From: an archaeon
Lineage (GTDB): Archaea > Undinarchaeota > CAZHTU01 > JBDRCC01
Direction of reading: 5' to 3'
Assembly: GCA_043822065.1 (NCBI GenBank)
Contig: JBDRCC010000019.1
Coordinates: 1 to 46,783 of the forward strand
DNA: 46,783 bases
In this document: piece by piece, positions 26,722-35,542 of the stretch
Position numbering within the stretch: the first letter of the stretch is position 1
Layout of the letters: each line of letters starts with the position of its first letter
Position numbers and translations under genes: made by a program
The notes under the pieces: generated by a model
Database searches by the model: none
The model's input: only the letters and a program-made list of their open reading frames with translations
Told to the model about the DNA's origin: nothing

Positions 26722-27843
26722 ATGAAGACTACTGTTTCAATTATAAAGGCTGATGTGGGCTCTGTGGCTGGGCACATTGTCTGCCCGCCTGAGCTGCTGG
26801 ATATTGCTGACTGCAAGCTAAACGAGGCGCTTGACAAGGTAATCTCTGACTATTATGTCACTAGGTGCGGGGACGACCTTGAGCTTATAATGTGCCACTC
26901 GAACGGGGCAAACAGCCCGAAGGTCCACAAGCTTGCCTGGGACACCTTCACCGCCTGCACAGACGAGGCAAAGAAGTTAAAATTGTACGGCGCCGGGCAG
27001 GACCTGCTGAAGAATGCGTTTTCCGGAAACGTGAAGGGGATGGGCCCAGGAGTCGCCGAGCTCGAGTTCGAGGAGCGGAAATCAGACCCGATAGTGTGCT
27101 TCATGGCTGACAAGACAGACCCTGCGGCATTCAACCTCCCAATCTACAAGATTTTTGCAGACCCGTTCAACACTGCCGGGCTCGTAATAGACCCCAAAGC
27201 CCACTGCGGGTTCAAGTTTGAGGTCTACGACATCTACAAGTCCAAGAAGATAATGCTGTCGTGCCCGGAGGAAATGTACGACCTCCTGTCGCTTATAGGC
27301 ATAACGTCAAGGTATGTGGTCAAGCGCGTGTTCTCGAGGGAGAACGAGCCGGCGGCCACGATTTCGACTGACAAGCTGTCAAGGATAGCCGGCGAGTACG
27401 TCGGCAAGGACGACCCGGTCGCAATTGTAAGGGGCCAATCGGGCTTCCCCGCAATCGGGGAGGTTGTCGAGCCGTTTGCATTCCCGCACCTGGTTGCCGG
27501 ATGGATGCGCGGAAGCCACAGGGGGCCGCTGATGCCGGTCTCTGAGGAGGACGCAACCCCCAGCAGGTTCGACGGGCCGCCAAGGATAATGGCGCTCGGG
27601 TTCCAGGTGTCAAACGGCACGCTGATAGGGCCTGTTGACATTTTCGCTGACAAGTCTTTCGACAATGCCAGGCAGAAAGCCCTGGACATAGCGGATTACA
27701 TGAGGAGGCACGGCCCATTCCAGCCGCACCTTCTCGACATGGAAGACCTTGAATACACAACCGTCCCGGCGGTGCTGAAGAAGCTGGAGAAGCGGTTTGT
27801 CACATTGGGCAAAGAGGAGAGCCGGTCGTTTAGGAAGGGCTAA
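26722..27843 (+). CDS. fbp: Bifunctional fructose-1,6-bisphosphate aldolase/phosphatase (class V)
   Basis: SIIKADVGSVAGH, GDDLELIM, LYGAGQDLL, ADKT, FADPFNTAGL, YVGKDDP, GWMRGSH, RFDGPPR, EYTT. Confidence 0.95.
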   Translation: MKTTVSIIKADVGSVAGHIVCPPELLDIADCKLNEALDKVISDYYVTRCGDDLELIMCHSNGANSPKVHKLAWDTFTACTDEAKKLKLYGAGQDLLKNAFSGNVKGMGPGVAELEFEERKSDPIVCFMADKTDPAAFNLPIYKIFADPFNTAGLVIDPKAHCGFKFEVYDIYKSKKIMLSCPEEMYDLLSLIGITSRYVVKRVFSRENEPAATISTDKLSRIAGEYVGKDDPVAIVRGQSGFPAIGEVVEPFAFPHLVAGWMRGSHRGPLMPVSEEDATPSRFDGPPRIMALGFQVSNGTLIGPVDIFADKSFDNARQKALDIADYMRRHGPFQPHLLDMEDLEYTTVPAVLKKLEKRFVTLGKEESRSFRKG

Positions 27844-27967
27844 GCGGCAGATACTGCAAGGTTTCAGTTAAGCTAACATAATACCCAGCCGAAGGCAGCG
27901 AAGCAGCTTGCCCACAAGCCTGCGGAGTTAATAGTGGGCATAAGAAACACGGAATAAGCTGGAACTA

Positions 27968-29413
27968 TTAAGCCTCGGCAGGAGCGGTTTCTGCAACAGC
28001 AGTTCCAGAGGGAGTGGGCGGTGGCGACCGGAATGGCGCTTCCTGTTTGCTGTCCTCGCGCCGGAGGCCTGCAATATCCTCTGCCTCTAATGCCGGCTCT
28101 TTCTCCCCTGATTCTGATATTTTCCTTGTGAGCTTGTTCATCCGTGCAGCCTGGAACTTGCCTTTCCAAAGGTTGTAGGACGCTATCTGCTCGAACCCCT
28201 TGAGCAGCTCCTCCTTAAGCGCTTTGTCTGCCTCAGCCTCGAATTCGACACCCTTGAGCATGCCTGCTGTGTTTTCGGCGTAGTAGACGATTATCGCCAG
28301 CTGGTGGAACACCGAAAGCGCCTCTGCAAGCTTTGCGCGCTTTACAATCTCCTTTGCTGGAATCTTGTAGGCTTCACCCAGCTTGTCGGCGTACTTCCGC
28401 ACCAGGATTGACAGTATCTCAAGGTATATTGTGGTCACGAGGTTGTCCATGCCCCTCTTTACAAGGTTCAGGCTCTCCTTGTTCCCGGTTTTTATGAAAT
28501 CATCGTAAAGGTTGAGTATGTTCCTGCCCTCGACGCCCCAGAATGAGTTTCTGGTCGCCTCGTTCTCCATAAGGTCGCTGCACCGGTTCTGTGAAACCAG
28601 GTCAGCCGCAGATATGTGCATCTGGTGCCTAAGCCTGCGGAGCTCTAAGCTCTGGCCGGAGAGGGCCCCTTTGAACCCTACTGCCTGCTCGAATTTTGAG
28701 AGTGTGAAAAGCGCGTGCGGGCAGACGTAGGCGAGCGCCTGGATTGCGTATTTGCCCTCGGCGCGCAGGCCGCGCTTTATTATAGGCTCCTTGAACTCGA
28801 CGTCTTTGTTTAAAGTCTGCTCCATTTTGTCAAGGTATTCAAGGAACTGCTTTTGGCTCCCGTCCTTGCCGTGGTCTTTTTCGAGGTTCTTTAGCGCCTC
28901 GGAGTAGTGGGACTTTATCTCCTTGTCGAGCTTCATCAGCTTTTTTCTCGTCTCTATCTCGAATTTTAGCGTGCTTCGGGATGACCTCTCGCTGACGTTG
29001 CTGTATATTATCCTCTCAAGAAGGCGGTTTAGGATAAGGAGCTCGAGTGCAAGGTTGCCAAGGTACTCAAGCTCGAAGTCCTTGAGTATGCCAGCCTTGG
29101 ACAGGCTGTCCTTATCCTTCCTGAGCTTGTCATAATCTGAGTTTTCTGCAACGATTGTGCCAACGAGGGAGCAAAGCGGGAATGTGGTCTTCTGCTTTCC
29201 CTGTGCCTGCAGCTCGCGCCTGACGAATGGGCAGCCAAAAACGCGCTGGGTGTTCAGGACATCAAGCGGGTGGCCTATTGTCTCCATCGCAAGCGGGCAG
29301 GCGCACTTAATCTTGTCTACCTGGTTGTAGCCTTTGGTGTGCAGTTTTGTCTTTAAGTCGGTTATTTTCTTCTCTACGTAGCTGTTTACATGCCCAGTTA
29401 TGTCTTCGCCCAT
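27968..29413 (-). CDS. Hypothetical protein (481 aa), predicted helical, N-terminal Cys cluster
   Basis: Long ORF with host-like codon use; CACP...GCPF...PLC; Pro/Ala/Glu tail. No family recognised. Confidence 0.75.
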   Translation of the reverse strand: MGEDITGHVNSYVEKKITDLKTKLHTKGYNQVDKIKCACPLAMETIGHPLDVLNTQRVFGCPFVRRELQAQGKQKTTFPLCSLVGTIVAENSDYDKLRKDKDSLSKAGILKDFELEYLGNLALELLILNRLLERIIYSNVSERSSRSTLKFEIETRKKLMKLDKEIKSHYSEALKNLEKDHGKDGSQKQFLEYLDKMEQTLNKDVEFKEPIIKRGLRAEGKYAIQALAYVCPHALFTLSKFEQAVGFKGALSGQSLELRRLRHQMHISAADLVSQNRCSDLMENEATRNSFWGVEGRNILNLYDDFIKTGNKESLNLVKRGMDNLVTTIYLEILSILVRKYADKLGEAYKIPAKEIVKRAKLAEALSVFHQLAIIVYYAENTAGMLKGVEFEAEADKALKEELLKGFEQIASYNLWKGKFQAARMNKLTRKISESGEKEPALEAEDIAGLRREDSKQEAPFRSPPPTPSGTAVAETAPAEA

Positions 29414-29424
29414 TGTTCTTCAGT

Positions 29425-30927
29425 TCAGGCAGGTGAGGGCATTCCAGCCCTAAAGGCTGAGCCCTTTGAGGGAGTTGAAGGCTCGGACGGAGGTGCTGCC
29501 TCGCCAGCCGGCTCAAACCCGCTGTCAAATTTCACGCCCTGCTGCTCCATTTGCAGAAGGCTCGTGATTACGCCGTCTATCGGCTTCTTTGTAGTCTGCC
29601 CGGTTACAGTCTCGGTTATTGCCTTCGGCAGGTTTGCCACCGTGGCGACTATCCTCGAGACGAAGTTGATTCCGGTGCGGTAGCGCATGGTGTACTGCGC
29701 AAGCTGCGTCCGTATAAGCCTCTGTTTCAGCTCGTACTTCTTAGGAAGCGCAAGTACTGCATTTATGGTGTTTGCGCAGACGTTTATCATGCTGATTAGC
29801 ATTGAGGAGAAATCCTCGTAGGTCGTGAGGATTGCACTGCCAAGAAGTATCCTCTCGTTCTTCGAGAGTGAGGCTATGAGCCTCCGGACATTGCTGCTTC
29901 CGCTGAGAAGCCTTGCTGCGGAGCGGCATCCCTCGATGCTTATCTCCCCCGTGAACCTGACTTCAGAGAGCCTGCCCATGACGAAGTCAGAAACTTTTGT
30001 CGCCTCGTCTACGGTACAGTCAGCAAGGTTTACCCCCGCAAGCTCCTGGGACTCCTTTATCAGCTTAAGTATTGCGGCTATTGTGTGCAGGCCGCTGTCG
30101 TTGTACATGTTTACAACTGCCCTGGACTTCATCATTATGCTTCCGCCGGTGACGTAGTGGACAAACATTACCTGGTCGTCTATGTCCAATTTTGCGCCGC
30201 CGAAGCCAGCCCTTTCGGCAAGCCGCCTGGAAACCCCCGCATATTTCTTTGAGACCTCGCCCAAGACTACATCCTGCGATTTTACAGGCAGGCGGATGAC
30301 GCGCCCGATAACCTGGTTGTCGATTACCTGCAGGTACCTCAGCGTAGGCTTGAACTGGCTGCCCACGTCAAGAAGGCGGTTCATCCTCCTTGCGTCGAGG
30401 TTGATTGACTCGTCGTTGAGCCTGACCCACTCTCGCCACAGGTCGGCGATTAGGTAGGACATTATTACCCTCTCATGCTCTGGCCTAGACTGGAACTTGG
30501 CAGCCTCGCCCTTGTCAAGGAGTAGCTTCGAGATGAAAGCGAACATGCCGATGAAAGGCAGGTCGCCGTTGTCCTCGTATTTGTCTATTACCTTGAACAG
30601 GTATACGGTCTGGTCGTTTTTCGAGGAATAGTCAACATCTGCAGCTGTCTTGACCTTCTTGCCCTTTGGCATCCCCTTGTAGAACTCGGAGAGCATTTTC
30701 TGGTAAGTTTCAAAAAAGACGCGGTAGGCGCCCCAGAACTGGTCCACTACAAGCCTGTTTTGTTTTCCGCTGATTGGGAGGCCGAAATATATGCCCTCGG
30801 TCATCCGCATTAGGGCGCCAGCCTTGCCGCCAAGCGCCTGGGTCCTTCCCCAGAGGGAAAAGACATGGCTGCGCAAAAAATCCTGCGCGACTAATTCATC
30901 AAGCCGGTTTATTGGTCTGAGCCTCAT
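29425..30927 (-). CDS. Hypothetical protein (500 aa), predicted helical
   Basis: Long ORF 11 nt upstream of the 481-aa gene; Pro-rich tail; TTTTATATA about 20-30 nt upstream of the ATG on the minus strand. Confidence 0.75.
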   Translation of the reverse strand: MRLRPINRLDELVAQDFLRSHVFSLWGRTQALGGKAGALMRMTEGIYFGLPISGKQNRLVVDQFWGAYRVFFETYQKMLSEFYKGMPKGKKVKTAADVDYSSKNDQTVYLFKVIDKYEDNGDLPFIGMFAFISKLLLDKGEAAKFQSRPEHERVIMSYLIADLWREWVRLNDESINLDARRMNRLLDVGSQFKPTLRYLQVIDNQVIGRVIRLPVKSQDVVLGEVSKKYAGVSRRLAERAGFGGAKLDIDDQVMFVHYVTGGSIMMKSRAVVNMYNDSGLHTIAAILKLIKESQELAGVNLADCTVDEATKVSDFVMGRLSEVRFTGEISIEGCRSAARLLSGSSNVRRLIASLSKNERILLGSAILTTYEDFSSMLISMINVCANTINAVLALPKKYELKQRLIRTQLAQYTMRYRTGINFVSRIVATVANLPKAITETVTGQTTKKPIDGVITSLLQMEQQGVKFDSGFEPAGEAAPPSEPSTPSKGSAFRAGMPSPA

Positions 30928-30987
30928 AGTTAGGTATATCTACGCCAGTATATAAAAGCCTTTTCATCTGCTGCCAAGAGGGCAAAT

Positions 30988-31221
30988 TTATATGCCCAGG
31001 CGGATGAACGTCCTGTAAAACCAGACACAGAAGGCAGGCACGATTACAAACAAAAGTGTAAAGGGGCTACATTCGTTTACCATGCACCAGCCGGACTTGA
31101 CTATCTGGATGGGTATGGAATCAGTTTGGGTCTTCGCAACCGCCCTTGCGGCTAAGGAAAGGCCCTGCAGGAGGAGGATTCCAATGAGGGGCGAGTAGTT
31201 CCTAAGCCTCATTCGCATCAC
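30988..31221 (-). CDS. Small membrane protein (2 TM)
   Basis: Two hydrophobic segments with GWCMVNEC between them; 4-nt overlap with the upstream gene. Confidence 0.55.
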   Translation of the reverse strand: MMRMRLRNYSPLIGILLLQGLSLAARAVAKTQTDSIPIQIVKSGWCMVNECSPFTLLFVIVPAFCVWFYRTFIRLGI

Positions 31222-31589
31222 TTTTTTTTCTCAAGACCTTTTATCTGGGTCTCGCCAAGATATACCAGGATTATCCCTATCAGCAGGAGCACCAGTATTC
31301 CGACGATTGCCTGGGCAACTACGAAGATGTAGGCAACCCAGAGTATTCCCGCAGAAAGGCAGAATATCCCAGACAGGGAGAGCGCCTCCCAGATGAATCT
31401 GTGCTTCTTGTCGTGGTGCTCGGTCAGGATGAGCTCGCCGCCGACAGCCAGCACAAACCCGATTACTGCAAGTGCAACTGCGGCAAACCTAGACTCGATA
31501 AACGAAACGCCGAAGATAATTGTCAGTGCGGCAGCAAGGAAAACTAGCCACCAACCGGCAAAGGTAAAAACTCGCCATACTTTTTTCAT
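31218..31589 (-). CDS. Membrane protein (about 4 TM)
   Basis: Four hydrophobic stretches; AGGTGA RBS-like sequence just upstream on the minus strand. Confidence 0.7.
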   Translation of the reverse strand: MKKVWRVFTFAGWWLVFLAAALTIIFGVSFIESRFAAVALAVIGFVLAVGGELILTEHHDKKHRFIWEALSLSGIFCLSAGILWVAYIFVVAQAIVGILVLLLIGIILVYLGETQIKGLEKKK

Positions 31590-31638
31590 GATATCACCTT
31601 TTTAATGAAGAAGGGGGATTAATATATAAGTCTTTTTG

Positions 31639-32874
31639 ATGATGAACGGGGATGAAATTAGGGACTATTACAGCAGGGAAGTATGCGCGGCTATTTTTGA
31701 GTGTTCCAGGGATAGGGAGATAGGCTCGGTGCGGGAGGACGGCAAGTACGCATCCAGGCCTGCGGCGGTAAACTACCCGGAGGACATCCAGTCGATAGTC
31801 AGGAAGGGCGCGGTCTCATTCCACGGCTCGATAGAGAGGTGGAAGCAGCCGATGATGCTTTCCACGGGCCTGCCGAAAAGGGAGCTGGACGAGATGCGGC
31901 TTGGCTGGGACTTCGTCATAGACATAGACTGCGATTCCGGGCTGAAATTTGCGTCCCCTGCGGCGGAGGCGTTCATTGACGCGCTCGAGAAGCACGGGAT
32001 AAGGGACTGGTCGGTAAAATTCTCTGGGAACAGGGGGTTCCACATCGGCGTCCCGTTCGAAGTTTTCCCAAAGCACATAGATTTTGAGCCGACTGCGAAG
32101 AAGTATCCCGCCCTGCCGGCTAAGGTGGCAGAGTACCTGAAGGAGTACTGCAGGGAGGACATAAAGAAGAACATAAGGAAGCTTGTCGGGGATGGCCCGT
32201 TTGACCCGTACCAGTATATAGACATTGACATTGGGGTTTTCGCTTCAAGGCACCTGTTCAGGCTGCCGTACTGCCTCCACCAGAAAACCTGGCTTGCGAG
32301 CATCCCGATAAGCAGGGGAGAACTGAAGGATTTCGACAGGGAGAGCGCAAAGCCTGAGAACGTCGAGGTAAAGCTCAGGTTCCTTGAGAGGAGATCATCT
32401 TCCGACGCGTCGCGGCTTATACGGAAGGCGACGTACTGGGCTCCTGAGAAGGAGGCTTCGGAGGAGAGGGAGTTTGAGCCGATAGGCGAAAAGATTGACA
32501 GCGCCAATTTCCCCCCGTGCATCAAAAACATACTCAATGGAATAGAAGACGGGAAGAAGAGGAGCGTGTTCGTCCTGACCTGCTTCCTTCTGAACCTCGG
32601 CTGGAGCGCAGAAGACGTGAAAAAGGTGCTCCTCGAGTGGAACAAAAAGAACCAGGACCCGCTGAACGAGAACGTCCTGCTGTACACCCTCCGCGACCAA
32701 AAGAGGCGCGGCAAGCCGCTGATGTGCCCGAACTGCGACGCGGAAAATTATTATAAGGCATACGGCGTTTGCACTCCTGACAAGCTCTGCGGAAACATAA
32801 AGAACCCGGCAGGGTATGCGCTTGCGAGGCGGAAGGAAAAGAGGCAGGGCAAGAAGAAGGGGAAAAGCAAATGA
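31639..32874 (+). CDS. priS: Fused DNA primase (PriS catalytic + PriL C-terminal Fe-S domain)
   Basis: PriS motifs GWDFVIDID, KFSGNRGFHI, RHLFRLPYCLH; PriL-CTD FPPCI...CPNC...C....CGNIKNP; sits upstream of GINS. Confidence 0.88.
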   Translation: MMNGDEIRDYYSREVCAAIFECSRDREIGSVREDGKYASRPAAVNYPEDIQSIVRKGAVSFHGSIERWKQPMMLSTGLPKRELDEMRLGWDFVIDIDCDSGLKFASPAAEAFIDALEKHGIRDWSVKFSGNRGFHIGVPFEVFPKHIDFEPTAKKYPALPAKVAEYLKEYCREDIKKNIRKLVGDGPFDPYQYIDIDIGVFASRHLFRLPYCLHQKTWLASIPISRGELKDFDRESAKPENVEVKLRFLERRSSSDASRLIRKATYWAPEKEASEEREFEPIGEKIDSANFPPCIKNILNGIEDGKKRSVFVLTCFLLNLGWSAEDVKKVLLEWNKKNQDPLNENVLLYTLRDQKRRGKPLMCPNCDAENYYKAYGVCTPDKLCGNIKNPAGYALARRKEKRQGKKKGKSK

Positions 32875-33356
32875 TAACTTTTGAGGCTGTGAGAAATGTG
32901 AAGCGGGCTGAGGACGGGCCTTCGCTCTCGAAGCTTCCAGATGGATTTGAGGATGAGATTAAGGGCTATCTCAAGGGGCTTGACCCAAACGACACCGAGC
33001 TCAAGAACGCAAAGCGCGAGCTTGAGAAGATATACGAGAAGCGCACCCAGAAGATAGTCAGGATGGCGCTCATTGAGGACGGCGGCGGGGCTGCCGACAG
33101 GGGCAACATGACAGAGGGTGAGCGGCGCATGTTCGAGTCCATGGCTGATGCAATTGAGAAAAACAGGAAACGCTTCTTCGATGGGGAAAAGGATAAAAAG
33201 GAGGAGAAAGAATATCTAAAAGTTCTCTTTCTCGAGGACCTTCCAGCGTTCATAGGCCCGGATGGAAAGAGCTACGGACCATACAAGAAGGAAAAGGAAG
33301 CTGACCTCCCGATAGATGTCGCAACCCTTTTAATTAAGAAAAAGCTGGTGAAATAG
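32871..33356 (+). CDS. GINS complex subunit (Gins51/Gins15 type)
   Basis: LSKLPDGF, IYEKRTQKIV, NMTEGERRMF, B-domain FLEDLPAFIGPDGKSYGPY...LP..VA..LI; conserved primase-GINS-L44e gene order. Confidence 0.8.
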   Translation: MITFEAVRNVKRAEDGPSLSKLPDGFEDEIKGYLKGLDPNDTELKNAKRELEKIYEKRTQKIVRMALIEDGGGAADRGNMTEGERRMFESMADAIEKNRKRFFDGEKDKKEEKEYLKVLFLEDLPAFIGPDGKSYGPYKKEKEADLPIDVATLLIKKKLVK

Positions 33357-33357
33357 C

Positions 33358-33636
33358 ATGAAGATAAAGAAAAACGTAAACCGGTACTGCCCGCACTGCA
33401 AGAAGCGCACAAAGCAGACAATCGAAGAAATAAAAAAGAGAAAGGCAAGCGAGATGAGGCAGGGGCAGAGGCGGTTCAGGCGGGTCACTGCAGGATACAG
33501 GGGGTTCCCGAGGCCGAAGCCTGACACGGGCAAGCAGACGAGGCGGAGAAACCTAGGGTACACCTGCACAGTCTGCAAGAAAATCAGCCAGCGCTCATTC
33601 CCAAGGGTAAAGAAGTTTGAGATTGTGAGGGATTAG
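33358..33636 (+). CDS. rpl44e: 50S ribosomal protein L44e
   Basis: RYCPHCKKRT, GQRRFRR..GYRGFPRP, YTCTVCKK. Confidence 0.93.
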   Translation: MKIKKNVNRYCPHCKKRTKQTIEEIKKRKASEMRQGQRRFRRVTAGYRGFPRPKPDTGKQTRRRNLGYTCTVCKKISQRSFPRVKKFEIVRD

Positions 33637-33637
33637 A

Positions 33638-33808
33638 GTGGCAAAAGGCAGATTTATAAAAGTTGAATGCCCGGGCTGCGGCGGAAAGCAAGTCGTATTC
33701 GACAAGCCAGCCAGCACCGTAAAGTGCCAGTCGTGCGAAGAGGTCCTTGTCAAGCCGATGGGCGGCAAGGGAAAAATAATAGGAAAAGTTCTCCAAGAAT
33801 TAGGTTAA
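33638..33808 (+). CDS. rps27e: 30S ribosomal protein S27e (56 aa)
   Basis: Hand translation from GTG: MAKGRFIKVECPGCGGKQVVFDKPASTVKCQSCEEVLVKPMGGKGKIIGKVLQELG*. Missing from the ORF track. Confidence 0.93.
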   Translation: MAKGRFIKVECPGCGGKQVVFDKPASTVKCQSCEEVLVKPMGGKGKIIGKVLQELG

Positions 33809-34560
33809 TGGCTAAGAAGATACCTGAAGTAGATGAGTTGGTTGTAGGCACCGTCACGAGAATTTTCCCTCACGGGGCTTTCGTGAAGATAGAAGGGTAC
33901 GACGTCGAGGGAATGGTCCACATCTCTGAGATTTCTCCCAAGTGGATAAAAAACATCACGGACTTCGTGCAGGAAGGCAAAAAAGTTGTTGCGAAGGTCC
34001 TGAAAATTGACCATGAGAAGGGGCACATAGACCTCTCAATGAAGAGGATAAGCGACAGCCTGAAGCGCGACAGGATGAAGCAGTGGAAGAATGAAGGCCG
34101 CGCCACTAAGCTGATGGAGCTTTGCGCAAAGAGCCTCAAGGGCGAGAAGTCCCTGGAGGAAATAAGCGACAAGCTTGCCGAGGCATTCGGGAGCAGGTTC
34201 GGCGCATTCGAGGACGCCGCTGCAAACGGCACTGTGAATATAGTAAAGGCAGGGGTGCCAAAAGAATGGGCCGCAGAGATAGAGAAAATGGCCAAGACGA
34301 ACATAAAGGTCAAGCGGGTGACTGTCGCGGGATATGTTGAGCTGCGCTCGAGCGCACCAAACGGCGTTGTGCTGATAAAAAAGGCGCTTGGCACTGGCTC
34401 AGACATACAGTATGCAGGCTCGCCGTATTACAGGATTAAGGTCGAGGACGCGAATTACAAGAACGCAGAGAAGCGGCTGAAGGCGGTTGCTGACGGAATA
34501 ATAGAGAAGATGTCCAAGTCCGGCGGGGAAGGCACGTTCCACCGCGAGCTGAAGCATTGA
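33808..34560 (+). CDS. eif2a: Translation initiation factor 2 alpha subunit (aIF2a)
   Basis: S1 domain PEVDELVVGTV...EGMVHISEI...KGHIDLSMKR; YAGSPYYRI...YKNAEK. Start at MAKKIPE (TAATG coupling). Confidence 0.93.
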   Translation: MAKKIPEVDELVVGTVTRIFPHGAFVKIEGYDVEGMVHISEISPKWIKNITDFVQEGKKVVAKVLKIDHEKGHIDLSMKRISDSLKRDRMKQWKNEGRATKLMELCAKSLKGEKSLEEISDKLAEAFGSRFGAFEDAAANGTVNIVKAGVPKEWAAEIEKMAKTNIKVKRVTVAGYVELRSSAPNGVVLIKKALGTGSDIQYAGSPYYRIKVEDANYKNAEKRLKAVADGIIEKMSKSGGEGTFHRELKH

Positions 34561-34609
34561 GCCGAAGCCATAATTACATAAACATTGGCGGCTTTCTGAA
34601 AATCCTGAG

Positions 34610-34792
34610 ATGAGCCATAATATACATAAATGCCCTACGTGTTATAGGTACACGTTAAAGGAGAAGTGCCCGGTTTGTGCTGCTGAGACGATAATCCCGG
34701 CTCCTGCAAGGTTTTCTCCGGATGACAAGTACGTCAAATACCGGCTCGAATGGAGGTTGAAAAATGGAGATACTGATAAAGATAACGGCTAA
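34610..34792 (+). CDS. nop10: H/ACA RNP protein Nop10
   Basis: KCPTCYRYTLKEKCPVC...PARFSPDDKYVKYR. Confidence 0.92.
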   Translation: MSHNIHKCPTCYRYTLKEKCPVCAAETIIPAPARFSPDDKYVKYRLEWRLKNGDTDKDNG

Positions 34793-35540
34793 GCCGAAAT
34801 TCAAGAAGAGCCCGATACTGATTGAGGGCCTCCCTGGATTTGGGCAGGTGGGAAGGGTCGCAGTCGAGCACCTCATAAGCGAGCTGAAAGCCAAGAAGTT
34901 TGCAGAGCTTATCTCCCCAAGCTTTCCGCCGGAGGTTTTTGTTGACAACACCGGCATGGTACGGAGGGTGAACAACGAGTTTTATTACTACTCCGGGAAG
35001 AAGAATGACCTTATACTCCTAATAGGCGAGACGCAGGCGTCCGACGTGCGCGGGCAGTACGAGCTGGTTGAGGCTATTGTGAAGCTATCGAAGAGGTACA
35101 AGGTCAAGGAGATGATAACCTTGGGCGGATACGCTACCGGCGCCTTGAAGGAAAAGCCCCAGGTGTACGGCGCTTCAACCTCAAAGAAGTTCATTGAGAA
35201 ATACGAGAAGCACGGCATAGTGTTCAAGAGCAAGACCGAGCGCGGCGGGATTGTGGGCGCGAGCGGCCTGCTCCTTGGGATAGGCCAGCTTTATGGGATT
35301 GAGGGCGTGTGCCTTATGGGTGAGACGCCAGGGCATCCGCTTTTTGTAGACGCAAAGTCGGCGGAAGCAGTCCTGAAGAAGCTGATGAAGATACTTGACA
35401 TGAAGCTAGACCTGAAAAAGCTTGACAAGCGTGTCAAGGAGATAGAAAAGTTCAGGACCACCATACAGCAGCTGATGCAGAAGGCTATGGAAAAGCCTGA
35501 AGAGAAGCCTGATTTGGAAAAGGTCAGATATATAGGGTAG
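34764..35540 (+). CDS. Proteasome assembly chaperone PAC2 family protein
   Basis: PILIEGLPGFGQVG, ITLGGY, GIVGASGLLLG, CLMGETPG, C-terminal YIG. Confidence 0.9.
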   Translation: MEILIKITAKPKFKKSPILIEGLPGFGQVGRVAVEHLISELKAKKFAELISPSFPPEVFVDNTGMVRRVNNEFYYYSGKKNDLILLIGETQASDVRGQYELVEAIVKLSKRYKVKEMITLGGYATGALKEKPQVYGASTSKKFIEKYEKHGIVFKSKTERGGIVGASGLLLGIGQLYGIEGVCLMGETPGHPLFVDAKSAEAVLKKLMKILDMKLDLKKLDKRVKEIEKFRTTIQQLMQKAMEKPEEKPDLEKVRYIG

Positions 35541-35542
35541 TT

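Noticed and set aside
27844-27967. Possible small RNA or micro-ORF (MPTINSAGLWASCFAAFGWVLC) between convergent genes
   Set aside because: No recognisable RNA fold, promoter or family motif.
33667-33807. 47-aa N-terminal extension of aIF2 alpha
   Set aside because: The region encodes S27e in another frame; the true start is at 33808.
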